A DNA stretch of 13,041 nucleotides from a virus: positions 1-13,041 of the IMG/VR virus record IMGVR_UViG_3300044655_002620, one strand, 5' to 3'. This document shows, piece by piece, positions 1 through 6,902 of the stretch (its first letter is position 1; every line of letters begins with the position of its first letter). The notes beneath the pieces were generated by a model. That model was not told the origin of the DNA, did not search any database, and saw only the letters and a program-made list of their open reading frames with translations. The position numbers were made by a program, and so were the translations under genes.

Positions 1-767
1 TTTCCGCAGGGAAAATCCGCACAAACGGATTGATATAGCGGGTTTTTAGTCCCAAAGGCTTTGGTCACGGTTCCCTGTCCATAGACAGGGTGATTGATAA
101 TGTCCCCGACTTTCAATAAACCCGTCGAGGGTTTATTTAAATCCTCCAGGTATTTTTCAATAACCTTGATTGCTTCTGTGTAAAAATGCTCCCGTTGGGG
201 AGTGTAGACCTTCTCCACTTTTTCGGTAGGCAAGTCTAAGACTGCCAAATCCGCCACAGTATATTCCGTGATTTCCCCATAGCCCGTTTCATAGGCAATG
301 GCCGTGGGGGAAGGAAATTTGGGTTTTCCCTCTATCATTTCCCCAAATTGATTTACGGCTTTAGTTACCGAGTAGGTGACTAAAACCTCGTATTCGTCCG
401 CGACGAATACGGCTTTACTGGGCTCGCTCCCAATCATGTTTGACGACCCCCGCATCCCATCGGGGGATTCTTTGCGACGGGTGGGAGTCGCGGTTTTTTT
501 GTAGCTACCGTGTAGTTTTTCGCAGGAAACGGATTCCTGTTTTTGTTCGTGGGTGACAACCCATTCTAGGGGTGTCACCTTAACTGAATTTGGTAACGGG
601 GTGACGCTACCAATGGAGTCGCCGTCTTTCCAGACGTTTCCTCTGTTGTCAACGTGACATCCCTTTGTAGGGAGTTTTAGGGCATCACACCCCAAAACCG
701 CATTCCATTTCCACTCAGGGGTTTTTGGAGCTTTGGCGGTTTTGGCGGTTTTGGTTGCGACTGTCAT
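1..767 (-). CDS. Hypothetical protein, C-terminus truncated by window edge
   Basis: ORF read by hand from ATG (rc of cat 765-767), open to position 1: MTVATKTAKTAKAPKTPEWKWNAVLGCDALKLPTKGCHVDNRGNVWKDGD...VGDIINHPVYGQGTVTKAFG.... It is absent from the supplied ORF track, probably because it runs off the edge. Strong promoter-like TTGACA/TATATT lies upstream. Confidence 0.8.
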   Translation of the reverse strand, partial: MTVATKTAKTAKAPKTPEWKWNAVLGCDALKLPTKGCHVDNRGNVWKDGDSIGSVTPLPNSVKVTPLEWVVTHEQKQESVSCEKLHGSYKKTATPTRRKESPDGMRGSSNMIGSEPSKAVFVADEYEVLVTYSVTKAVNQFGEMIEGKPKFPSPTAIAYETGYGEITEYTVADLAVLDLPTEKVEKVYTPQREHFYTEAIKVIEKYLEDLNKPSTGLLKVGDIINHPVYGQGTVTKAFGTKNPLYQSVCADFPCG

Positions 768-795
768 GGCGTTATGTCCTCTGTGCGTTTACAAA

Positions 796-829
796 TTCTA
801 TAATATACGCATACTTTAGAAATTGTCAA
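796..829 (-). promoter_or_regulatory. Sigma70-like promoter of the 1-767 ORF
   Basis: Minus-strand TTGACA (824-829), 16-nt spacer, TATATT (802-807); alternative TATTAT with 18-nt spacer. Confidence 0.55.
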
Positions 830-1035
830 CCTTTTTTTAAAAAAATTTTATAAAAGGCTTGTAAGTCTTGTGGGGCAATCGCTCCACGGGATAGGCGTTC
901 AACGAACTCACTCCTGGACACTCCCAAGAGCGCAGCTAATTTATCAAGCCGTTGCCACGCCGTGTCGGTCAAACTCAGATTGTGAGGCTTTTTCTTTTCC
1001 CCATAGTCGGGGACTCTGTTTATATAGTCGCGCAT
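826..1035 (-). CDS. Small ribbon-helix-helix-like DNA-binding protein
   Basis: 69 aa; HNLSLTDTAWQRLDKLAALLGVSRSEFVERLSRGAI resembles an RHH/CopG beta-strand plus two helices; AGGAG just upstream of ATG. Confidence 0.6.
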   Translation of the reverse strand: MRDYINRVPDYGEKKKPHNLSLTDTAWQRLDKLAALLGVSRSEFVERLSRGAIAPQDLQAFYKIFLKKG

Positions 1036-1217
1036 TGTGCCATCTCCTGCTGTATTTATATATTTCTATACTATACGCATTGGCAAATTAAATCCATTAT
1101 CAGGAGCAATTGGCAACAGGTAAATCAAAAAAATATTTTGATTCTGTATTAAAGAGATATAAAAATCAAAATATTTTTTGATATAATCTATGTGTTGATA
1201 TTCTTATAACAACGGAA

Positions 1218-1382
1218 ATGGAACCAACACAGCTAACAATGGAGCAAGAATTTAAACTTGCGACAATTAAACGTAATGTGGATATATTGACATTGGAGGA
1301 AGCTAGAGAATATATAATTGAATTAATAAGGCAAGGTATGATTAAAGATGATTTGATTAAAAATTGGATGAGGATGAAATGA
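1218..1382 (+). CDS. nblA: NblA-like phycobilisome degradation protein (54 aa)
   Basis: Hand-translated: MEPTQLTMEQEFKLATIKRNVDILTLEEAREYIIELIRQGMIKDDLIKNWMRMK. It has the typical NblA layout (L..EQeF.l...k..v..lt.EeA.eyi.eLirqmm.k..l...) and size. Its stop overlaps the downstream kinase start as ATGA. Confidence 0.65.
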   Translation: MEPTQLTMEQEFKLATIKRNVDILTLEEAREYIIELIRQGMIKDDLIKNWMRMK

Positions 1383-1975
1383 GTAAATTGATTGCTTTTG
1401 AAGGGATTGACCGCAGTGGGAAAACAACCCAAATTAGAAAACTTTGCGACCATTTCACGGCGTTAAAGTTAAAGTTCTACATCACAAGAGAACCCTGTGA
1501 TTATGACGTTCGGTTTGAATTAAAGAATGGGCTTTTGACACCGGAGCAGCAGCTTAAATTAATCCTGAAGGATAGGATTAAACACAATCCCACGATTAAA
1601 TATTTGTTAGAAGATTCTGATTTGGTATTGTGCGATCGATACACGGATTCAACTCTTGCTTATCAGGGGTATGGGCACGGGCTTAATTTAGATAATTTAA
1701 GGAAGCTAAATCACGAGGCGACGGGGGGAATTGATCCCGATATGGTGATTTTGTTCGATTGTCCTGTTGAGGTGGCGGTGCGCCGCGATCTCGACAAACC
1801 TCTGGACAAGGTTGAAAGAGACTTACTTTTTTTAGATCGGGTTCGGTTTGGATATCTTGAATTGGCGAGGGAGAATAACTGGATTGTGATTAACGCAACG
1901 CAAACAACTACCCGAATAACTCAGGAAATATCTGGCATTCTGATGGGGATTATTCCTGTCCCTGTGATTAGATAA
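1379..1975 (+). CDS. tmk: Thymidylate (dTMP) kinase
   Basis: MSKLIAFEGIDRSGKTTQIRKL (P-loop), REPCD, DRYTDSTLAYQGYG, DPDMVILFDCPVEVAVRR. The track ORF starts at TTG 1364, but ATG 1379 is coupled to the upstream ORF. Confidence 0.88.
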   Translation: MSKLIAFEGIDRSGKTTQIRKLCDHFTALKLKFYITREPCDYDVRFELKNGLLTPEQQLKLILKDRIKHNPTIKYLLEDSDLVLCDRYTDSTLAYQGYGHGLNLDNLRKLNHEATGGIDPDMVILFDCPVEVAVRRDLDKPLDKVERDLLFLDRVRFGYLELARENNWIVINATQTTTRITQEISGILMGIIPVPVIR

Positions 1976-1984
1976 ACAGCAAAA

Positions 1985-2009
1985 AACCAGGGGTTTATAT
2001 TCCCTGGTT
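1985..2009. terminator. Bidirectional terminator-like hairpin between convergent genes
   Basis: AACCAGGG (1985-1992) / CCCTGGTT (2002-2009), 8-bp stem; followed by a T-run on the minus strand and TTTT on the plus strand. Confidence 0.65.
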
Positions 2010-2034
2010 AGTTTTAAGTTGAATTAGAGGTCTT

Positions 2035-2193
2035 TTAATTCCATTCCTCTAACTCTAATTCTTCCCCTACAAAATCAGGGAATTGGGTATAAAACCTTGT
2101 CAAAGCCTCTAGTTCATTTAGGGCTTCGAGGTAATACCCTTGTCTGTTTGCCTTGTTGGGCGCAGTTTTGACCCGTGTAATGCGATAAATCAT
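2035..2193 (-). CDS. Small hypothetical protein (52 aa)
   Basis: Hand-translated: MIYRITRVKTAPNKANRQGYYLEALNELEALTRFYTQFPDFVGEELELEEWN; AGGAGG SD 5 nt before ATG; acidic C-terminus. Confidence 0.6.
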   Translation of the reverse strand: MIYRITRVKTAPNKANRQGYYLEALNELEALTRFYTQFPDFVGEELELEEWN

Positions 2194-2206
2194 AATATCC
2201 TCCTGT

Positions 2207-2548
2207 TTAGTTGATAAAAATTTGCTTGTTGATTAGCAAAACGTTTTGAGCCGTCAACACAGGGGATTCATCCTTTTTAAACACAAATGAGTTGTATTTG
2301 TAGGGGTTGTAAGTAACAGCTTGATCACAGTTTTTCACTGTGTCAGTCAATGTTCCTACAACGCAAGCGTGGACGTTTTTACGCTGCTCTCGGATCACCC
2401 GTTGCCGTCCGGCTTCAGAAACTTTGAATGTAGCATTTATTAATTTAACTTCTGTTTCGTGGGCTATTACCCGCCCCTTATTTTCACCTTCAAGGGCGAC
2501 TACCGAAAAACATCTCTTATGGAGATTGAAATAGACTTTAACTTTCAT
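2207..2548 (-). CDS. Hypothetical phage/plasmid-type protein (113 aa)
   Basis: Complete ORF, MKVKVYFNLHKRCFSVVALEGENKGRVIAHETEV...; followed closely by the 52-aa ORF in the same orientation. Confidence 0.7.
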   Translation of the reverse strand: MKVKVYFNLHKRCFSVVALEGENKGRVIAHETEVKLINATFKVSEAGRQRVIREQRKNVHACVVGTLTDTVKNCDQAVTYNPYKYNSFVFKKDESPVLTAQNVLLINKQIFIN

Positions 2549-2583
2549 GGTATACTCCTAATTGACCTAAAATGATTGACTTA

Positions 2584-2615
2584 TAACCGAGTAGGGCTGT
2601 AACCTTACTCGGTTA
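2584..2615. terminator. Terminator-like or regulatory inverted repeat
   Basis: Perfect 10-bp arms taaccgagta (2584-2593) / tactcggtta (2606-2615), 12-nt loop, between the 65-aa and 113-aa ORFs; no strong U-tract. Confidence 0.4.
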
Positions 2616-2663
2616 ACTTTTAACCTTCTGCACTTATAACTGTACCCCACTTATCCCAAAATG

Positions 2664-2861
2664 TCAACCCCCTCCCCCGACTTTTTTGTAAAGAATTATA
2701 TCGCCCGTTGCGATCGCCTCCAAAAATTCTGTCCATGCGGGTTCTGGAGATTCCTGTCTCCAGTACCGATAACCCATGCCTACAACTAGGGTTTTAAGCC
2801 TTTCTCTATCTTCTGGCTTGAGTCTAGCCTTAATCTCTTGTCTGTTTTCGTGGGGTCTCAT
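2664..2861 (-). CDS. Small hypothetical, RHH-like
   Basis: 65 aa: IKARLKPEDRERLKTLVVGMG...WTEFLEAIATGDI, reminiscent of RHH domains. Confidence 0.55.
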   Translation of the reverse strand: MRPHENRQEIKARLKPEDRERLKTLVVGMGYRYWRQESPEPAWTEFLEAIATGDIILYKKVGGGG

Positions 2862-2912
2862 AAAAAAAATATCCTATATAACTATTCCCCAGTTTATAAC
2901 AGATTATGGAAT

Positions 2913-4049
2913 TTATTCGTCATCTGGGAGCAATACTGGTAAAGATGGTCGGTGGATCACGCTCCCGGCGTAATTATTGTAAATAGTTTCAATCCTATTC
3001 CCTGCGAGTTCCGCCATTTCAGCAGGGCTTTTCCCTTGTGATAACCCGTGAGAAATTAGAGTATGGCGACAGTTCCCGGGCTTTCTATATTCCACACCAA
3101 CCTTAGCTAAAACCTGTTTCCAAGCCCGATTCCTGAAGTTGTGGGAATCAATTGGCAATCCAGTCAAGGAGACGAAAACCGGAGCCTCCGGGTCGGGGTC
3201 AATCGGACGGATTGCTTTGAGAATATTTTGAAGGCGAGGGGGAAGTGGAATTAAGCGATCGCGATTAGTTTTAGTCGATTTCCTTTGACCGGATACCGTT
3301 AATTTGCAGCTAATTAAAACCTCGTTACAGTCTTCTGATATATGTTTCCACTGTAGCCCGTTTGCTTCCCCCTGTCGACAACCTGTACCCAGTAAAAACT
3401 CAACATAAGGGAGAAAATGGGAATAATATTGATCTGTTGCAAACCCTTCTAAAATCCGTTTAATTTCCTCAATCGAGAAAGGTTTTAATCTTCTTTTTGG
3501 GGGAACTTTTACCGACACTTCAGTCCAGGGATTATTCTCAACTAATTGACGCTTAATCCCCCACTGATAAGCCGCGTTCAAGAATACAATCCTCTCCCTA
3601 ACTGTGGCGGGTTCGTTGTGTTGTAGCAGCCAATCACGAAAGCCAAAAGCGGATTTTTCGGTTAAATTATTGTTACCAAAATATTCTCGGATTCTAGGCA
3701 AGAAATGATTGTATTTATAAAGCGTTTCTGATTCAATCTGTTGTTGCTTGTAATTCAAATACCGTTCAACTAATCCGACAACTGAAACCGTCGCCTGTTT
3801 AACTTCCATTTCTGATTGTGGCTTGTACTTGGTTAGGGAACTATCAAAGTTTCCCGTGGCGCAGTCCCCTTGAATCTGCAAAGCCAACCGTTGTGCCACC
3901 ATCTGATTTAGGGGGTTATCCTCCAATCCTAAGCTCAAAAAATATCTTTTGCCCTGGTGACTCCAAACCAGCCGGAGCCACCCCACCCCCGCAGAACTGA
4001 TGGTAGTTTTGACCTGTACGCTTCCCTTGGGTGCTTTCTTCTGAGTCAC
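2913..4049 (-). CDS. Tyrosine-type site-specific recombinase / integrase
   Basis: GTG start. N-terminal arm and core-binding region, LLGTGCRQGEANGLQW (catalytic Arg box), NCRHTLISHGLSQG and AGNRIETIYNNYAG (R-H box and catalytic Tyr). Adjacent to a tRNA 3' fragment. Confidence 0.9.
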   Translation of the reverse strand: MTQKKAPKGSVQVKTTISSAGVGWLRLVWSHQGKRYFLSLGLEDNPLNQMVAQRLALQIQGDCATGNFDSSLTKYKPQSEMEVKQATVSVVGLVERYLNYKQQQIESETLYKYNHFLPRIREYFGNNNLTEKSAFGFRDWLLQHNEPATVRERIVFLNAAYQWGIKRQLVENNPWTEVSVKVPPKRRLKPFSIEEIKRILEGFATDQYYSHFLPYVEFLLGTGCRQGEANGLQWKHISEDCNEVLISCKLTVSGQRKSTKTNRDRLIPLPPRLQNILKAIRPIDPDPEAPVFVSLTGLPIDSHNFRNRAWKQVLAKVGVEYRKPGNCRHTLISHGLSQGKSPAEMAELAGNRIETIYNNYAGSVIHRPSLPVLLPDDE

Positions 4050-4068
4050 AATTGATGATCAATAATCA

Positions 4069-4105
4069 GTCTAATCTTGTCTAATTTTGTCTAATCTTGT
4101 CTAAT
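4069..4105. repeat. 10-bp tandem direct repeats, candidate integrase arm-type sites
   Basis: gtctaatctt gtctaatttt gtctaatctt gtctaat: 3.7 copies immediately upstream of int. Confidence 0.5.
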
Positions 4106-4131
4106 AGAAGATTATCAACCATCAGACGGGA

Positions 4132-4163
4132 AAAAGCCAGACCCTTTATAGAATCTGGCTTTT
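4132..4163. terminator. Terminator-like hairpin
   Basis: Perfect 10-bp inverted repeat aaaagccaga (4132-4141) / tctggctttt (4154-4163), flanked by A and T runs, just past the 3' end of the tRNA fragment. Confidence 0.7.
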
Positions 4164-4170
4164 GCGTCTA

Positions 4171-4216
4171 TCGGAGCGACAGGATTTGAACCTGCGACCC
4201 CTACCACCCCAAGGTA
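4171..4216 (-). other. 3' half of tRNA-Pro (anticodon GGG) = candidate attachment site (attP-like)
   Basis: Minus: TACC-TTGGGGT-GGTAG-GGGTC-GCAGG-TTCAAAT-CCTGT-CGCTCCGA, i.e. anticodon loop, 3' anticodon stem, variable loop, T-arm and 3' acceptor strand. No D-arm or 5' acceptor on the other side. Confidence 0.75.
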
Positions 4217-4291
4217 TATTCAATGTAGTCAAACCCTTTTATCGCGGGGTTTTTGGGTGTTTGGGTACTTGAGATCCCAATTGTTGATCAA

Positions 4292-4606
4292 TTAATCCCA
4301 ATTTTTCAAGACTTCAGGGCAATCATCCCAACAATTACCCCAATCAGATAATTCTGTATAGGTTTTATCTAGCTTAACCAAGACGGTTTGACCATTATCG
4401 GTGTAGTAGCCATAGCGGTCATTTTTCATATCAAATAAGACTCCGACCTGTTTACTGTTGCCAGTACCTATGACTTCCCAATCAACAACGTCAATACCAA
4501 AACCCAAAGCGTCAAATTCATCAACGCGATTTAATACCAATTCAATAGCTTCGGGTTCAAAATTATCGGTTTGAGATACCAAGTCTTTCAATGTTAGTGC
4601 GTTCAT
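4292..4606 (-). CDS. Hypothetical protein (104 aa)
   Basis: Complete ORF, no overlapping better ORF. Confidence 0.6.
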   Translation of the reverse strand: MNALTLKDLVSQTDNFEPEAIELVLNRVDEFDALGFGIDVVDWEVIGTGNSKQVGVLFDMKNDRYGYYTDNGQTVLVKLDKTYTELSDWGNCWDDCPEVLKNWD

Positions 4607-4633
4607 GTTTTTTGTCCCAATGGTTTTAACTTC

Positions 4634-4915
4634 TTAATCAAAAGCCCCTGATTCCCAATATTGTTTCGCAGCTTCCCACTGTTCGGCGGTTGCCGCGATG
4701 TGAACCTGATGCCCAATATCTGCGAGCTTGCCTTTGTGATGATTGACGAGAACCCCATTCAAAGACACTCCCTCAACTTGTTTTAAGCCCAAGCTATTGA
4801 TCAGGGCATCCATAGTTTCTAGGGTTTTTAACCCGAATCCGTGGGGGTCGTATTTCAATGTATTGGGAACCTGGGGAGACTCCCCGTCATATTTCCAATA
4901 GCGGGCGTGTAACAT
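4634..4915 (-). CDS. Hypothetical protein (93 aa)
   Basis: Complete ORF in the same orientation as its neighbours. Confidence 0.6.
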   Translation of the reverse strand: MLHARYWKYDGESPQVPNTLKYDPHGFGLKTLETMDALINSLGLKQVEGVSLNGVLVNHHKGKLADIGHQVHIAATAEQWEAAKQYWESGAFD

Positions 4916-4937
4916 ATAAACCTCTTTAATTAATTAG

Positions 4938-5546
4938 TCAATTAAATCGTCTGTTTTGACCCTGCTGATTGCAACAGGCAACGATCCCTGCTTTGTCAAT
5001 CCTCAATAATCTGAGGATTGATTTTTTGCGGGTAAGAATTTCTTTAAATTCCGATTGGTCAAAATCGGAATACCAAGGTTGGCACTCGTCAATCAAGGTA
5101 TGTAATTTCTTTAAAACCTGGGTCATATTTTCCCAGGCGATTTTTTCGCAAAAATCGCGGTTTTCGATCCAGAACTTCGCGGAGACCGCAATCCCCACCG
5201 CTTTTTTAATTCTGATTTCTCCTTCCCCCGGCTCCCCACCGAGAGAAGAATAATATTCAGCAAAATCACGGCGGAGTTTATCCGCCCACTGAATTTGTTT
5301 TTCCGACCCCACAAGGGGAGGGAAAAACCAGTCAATTTTTTGTCCTGGCATATCCCAAATAGTTAACTGCTTTGGAGTCTCCACAACCGCCACCGCTTTC
5401 AGGGCTTCTAACCGCCCCTCAAGAATAGTCAATTCAAAAGCCCACTTCCGAATCAGGCTTCGGACGCGGGGGAACTTGCTAATCAAGCTATTTAGTTGAG
5501 CGATTCTTTTAGAAAGTTGAGCGACAGTGGTTGTGGAGTTTTTCAT
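4938..5546 (-). CDS. Hypothetical protein (202 aa)
   Basis: Complete ORF; contains TIWDMPGQKIDWFFPPLVGSEKQIQWADKLRRDFAEYY; no family recognised. Confidence 0.7.
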   Translation of the reverse strand: MKNSTTTVAQLSKRIAQLNSLISKFPRVRSLIRKWAFELTILEGRLEALKAVAVVETPKQLTIWDMPGQKIDWFFPPLVGSEKQIQWADKLRRDFAEYYSSLGGEPGEGEIRIKKAVGIAVSAKFWIENRDFCEKIAWENMTQVLKKLHTLIDECQPWYSDFDQSEFKEILTRKKSILRLLRIDKAGIVACCNQQGQNRRFN

Positions 5547-5731
5547 CTTTTACGCCCGATTTGACGGCGGCGTCCCTGTTCTGTTTGTAAGTGCCGTCTT
5601 TCCGGCTGCCAGCCCACCCCCGCTTTCAAAGTTCGATCTTTGTGTGTGCTACTTCTTTGGGTGATTTTCGCTTCAGTAGCCTAGCCATACAAAATCTTGT
5701 ACATTTAAAACTGTACTAACAAAATAGAAAT

Positions 5732-5887
5732 ATGTCAACCCCTAAAAAGAAAAAACTTTTAAATTGCTCAACCCGAATAGGGATAAGGCTTTCGGAAATC
5801 GAGAGGGAAAGGCTAGAGGCGATCGCATCCTCAAGAAATCTATCCCTCTCGGAATTGGTCAGATATTGGATCAACAATAATGGGTGA
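5732..5887 (+). CDS. Small ribbon-helix-helix (CopG/Arc-like) protein, 51 aa
   Basis: Hand-translated: MSTPKKKKLLNCSTRIGIRLSEIERERLEAIASSRNLSLSELVRYWINNNG; classic RHH pattern. It ends 14 nt before the degenerate CRISPR repeat. Confidence 0.7.
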   Translation: MSTPKKKKLLNCSTRIGIRLSEIERERLEAIASSRNLSLSELVRYWINNNG

Positions 5888-5901
5888 TCATCCCATCTTG
5901 A

Positions 5902-5937
5902 GTATCAAATTAGTCAAGAAGCAAGACAATTGTTAAC
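5902..5937 (-). repeat. Degenerate terminal CRISPR repeat
   Basis: gtatcaaattagtcaagaagcaagacaattgttaac, 30/36 identical to the array repeat; separated from repeat 1 by only 20 nt. Confidence 0.8.
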
Positions 5938-5957
5938 TGTTGATCCAATATCGAATA

Positions 5958-6804
5958 GTATCAAGTCAGTCAAGAACCAATACAATCATTAACATTAAAT
6001 GGGGATGTATTAGAAACAGCCAAAAAGCGTATCAAGTCAGTCAAGAACCAATACAATCATTAACCAAGATTTAGAGTTTTGGAATCATGCCCTTTGGGTG
6101 TGTATCAAGTCAGTCAAGAACCAATACAATCATTAACCTCACGCCCAAAAGCTGATCTGTTCCGATTGCGATCGCTTTATCAGTATCAAGTCAGTCAAGA
6201 ACCAATACAATCATTAACACGAACAGCAGGGACAAGCAATAGTTAAGGTTGTCGTGTATCAAGTCAGTCAAGAACCAATACAATCATTAACCAACTAGCA
6301 TCCATCAAATAACCATTAATCACCCGTGTATCAAGTCAGTCAAGAACCAATACAATCATTAACTCCTTAAACGGGGTATTAGCGTCAAGGTGAACTGTGG
6401 GAAGTATCAAGTCAGTCAAAAACCAATACAATCATTAACATTTTGCCTACGAATTTAAAGCTATAATCTCGCTCGTATCAAGTCAGTCAAGAACCAATAC
6501 AATCATTAACCAAGGCACAATTAAGCTCTGGATAGTTTTCTAAGTTGGTATCAAGTCAGTCAAGAACCAATACAATCATTAACCAAGGCACAATTAAGCT
6601 CTGGATAGTTTTCTAAGTTGGTATCAAGTCAGTCAAGAACCAATACAATCATTAACTCGCCTCTCCCCAAACCCAAATTAATGGAGTTCAATAGTATCAA
6701 GTCAGTCAAGAACCAATACAATCATTAACTATTGCGCTTCCCATTCTCGACACGGTAAACCGTTAGCAGTATCAAGTCAGTCAAGAACCAATACAATCAT
6801 TAAC
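5958..6804 (-). CRISPR. CRISPR array, 12 repeats of 36 nt and 11 spacers (35-45 nt)
   Basis: Repeat (plus strand) GTATCAAGTCAGTCAAGAACCAATACAATCATTAAC, starting at 5958, 6029, 6102, 6183, 6256, 6328, 6404 (one G>A variant), 6475, 6548, 6621, 6694 and 6769. Minus-strand transcription is inferred from the degenerate end and the repeat ends (GTT... / ...TTGATAC). Confidence 0.97.
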
Positions 6805-6902
6805 TCCTGGCTTTTGAAAGCCTTATACAGAAAGGGTTTTAGACTGCTTTTGCGAGGCTCGGATAAAATCATTGATTTTGACTCCTGTGATTTGATAATA
6901 AA
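6805..6902 (-). promoter_or_regulatory. Candidate CRISPR leader / IscB-array junction
   Basis: 98-nt non-coding segment abutting the intact end of the array; contains ggcttt-tg-aaagcc and aaaatc-att-gatttt hairpins and a weak minus-strand TATAAG. Confidence 0.4.

Noticed and set aside
870-1453. Track ORFs 870..1091(+), 952..1152(+), 1166..1453(-)
   Set aside because: They overlap the better-supported 69-aa RHH ORF, promoter regions and the nblA-tmk frames; low-complexity or hydrophobic shadow translations.
2340-2973. Track ORFs 2340..2534(+) and 2776..2973(+)
   Set aside because: Antisense shadows of the 113-aa, 65-aa and integrase ORFs, with no RBS or recognisable domain.
3818-4000. Track ORF 3818..4000(+)
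   Set aside because: Fully antisense to the integrase coding sequence.
4171-4240. Complete functional tRNA-Pro gene
   Set aside because: The sequence 5' of the anticodon stem lacks a D-arm and 5' acceptor strand; only the 3' half is present.
4969-5335. Track ORFs 4969..5253(+) and 5123..5335(-)
   Set aside because: Shadow frames inside the 202-aa ORF.
5958-6804. Array as a generic minisatellite or plasmid iteron cluster
   Set aside because: Repeats are near-perfect and 36 nt, and spacers are unique (except one duplicated pair) with narrow length range, plus a terminal degenerate repeat. This is diagnostic of CRISPR.
6854-6861. GAGGCTCG shared between the leader region and the omegaRNA 3' end as a possible element end repeat
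   Set aside because: Only 8 nt, opposite orientations and no extended similarity; expected by chance.
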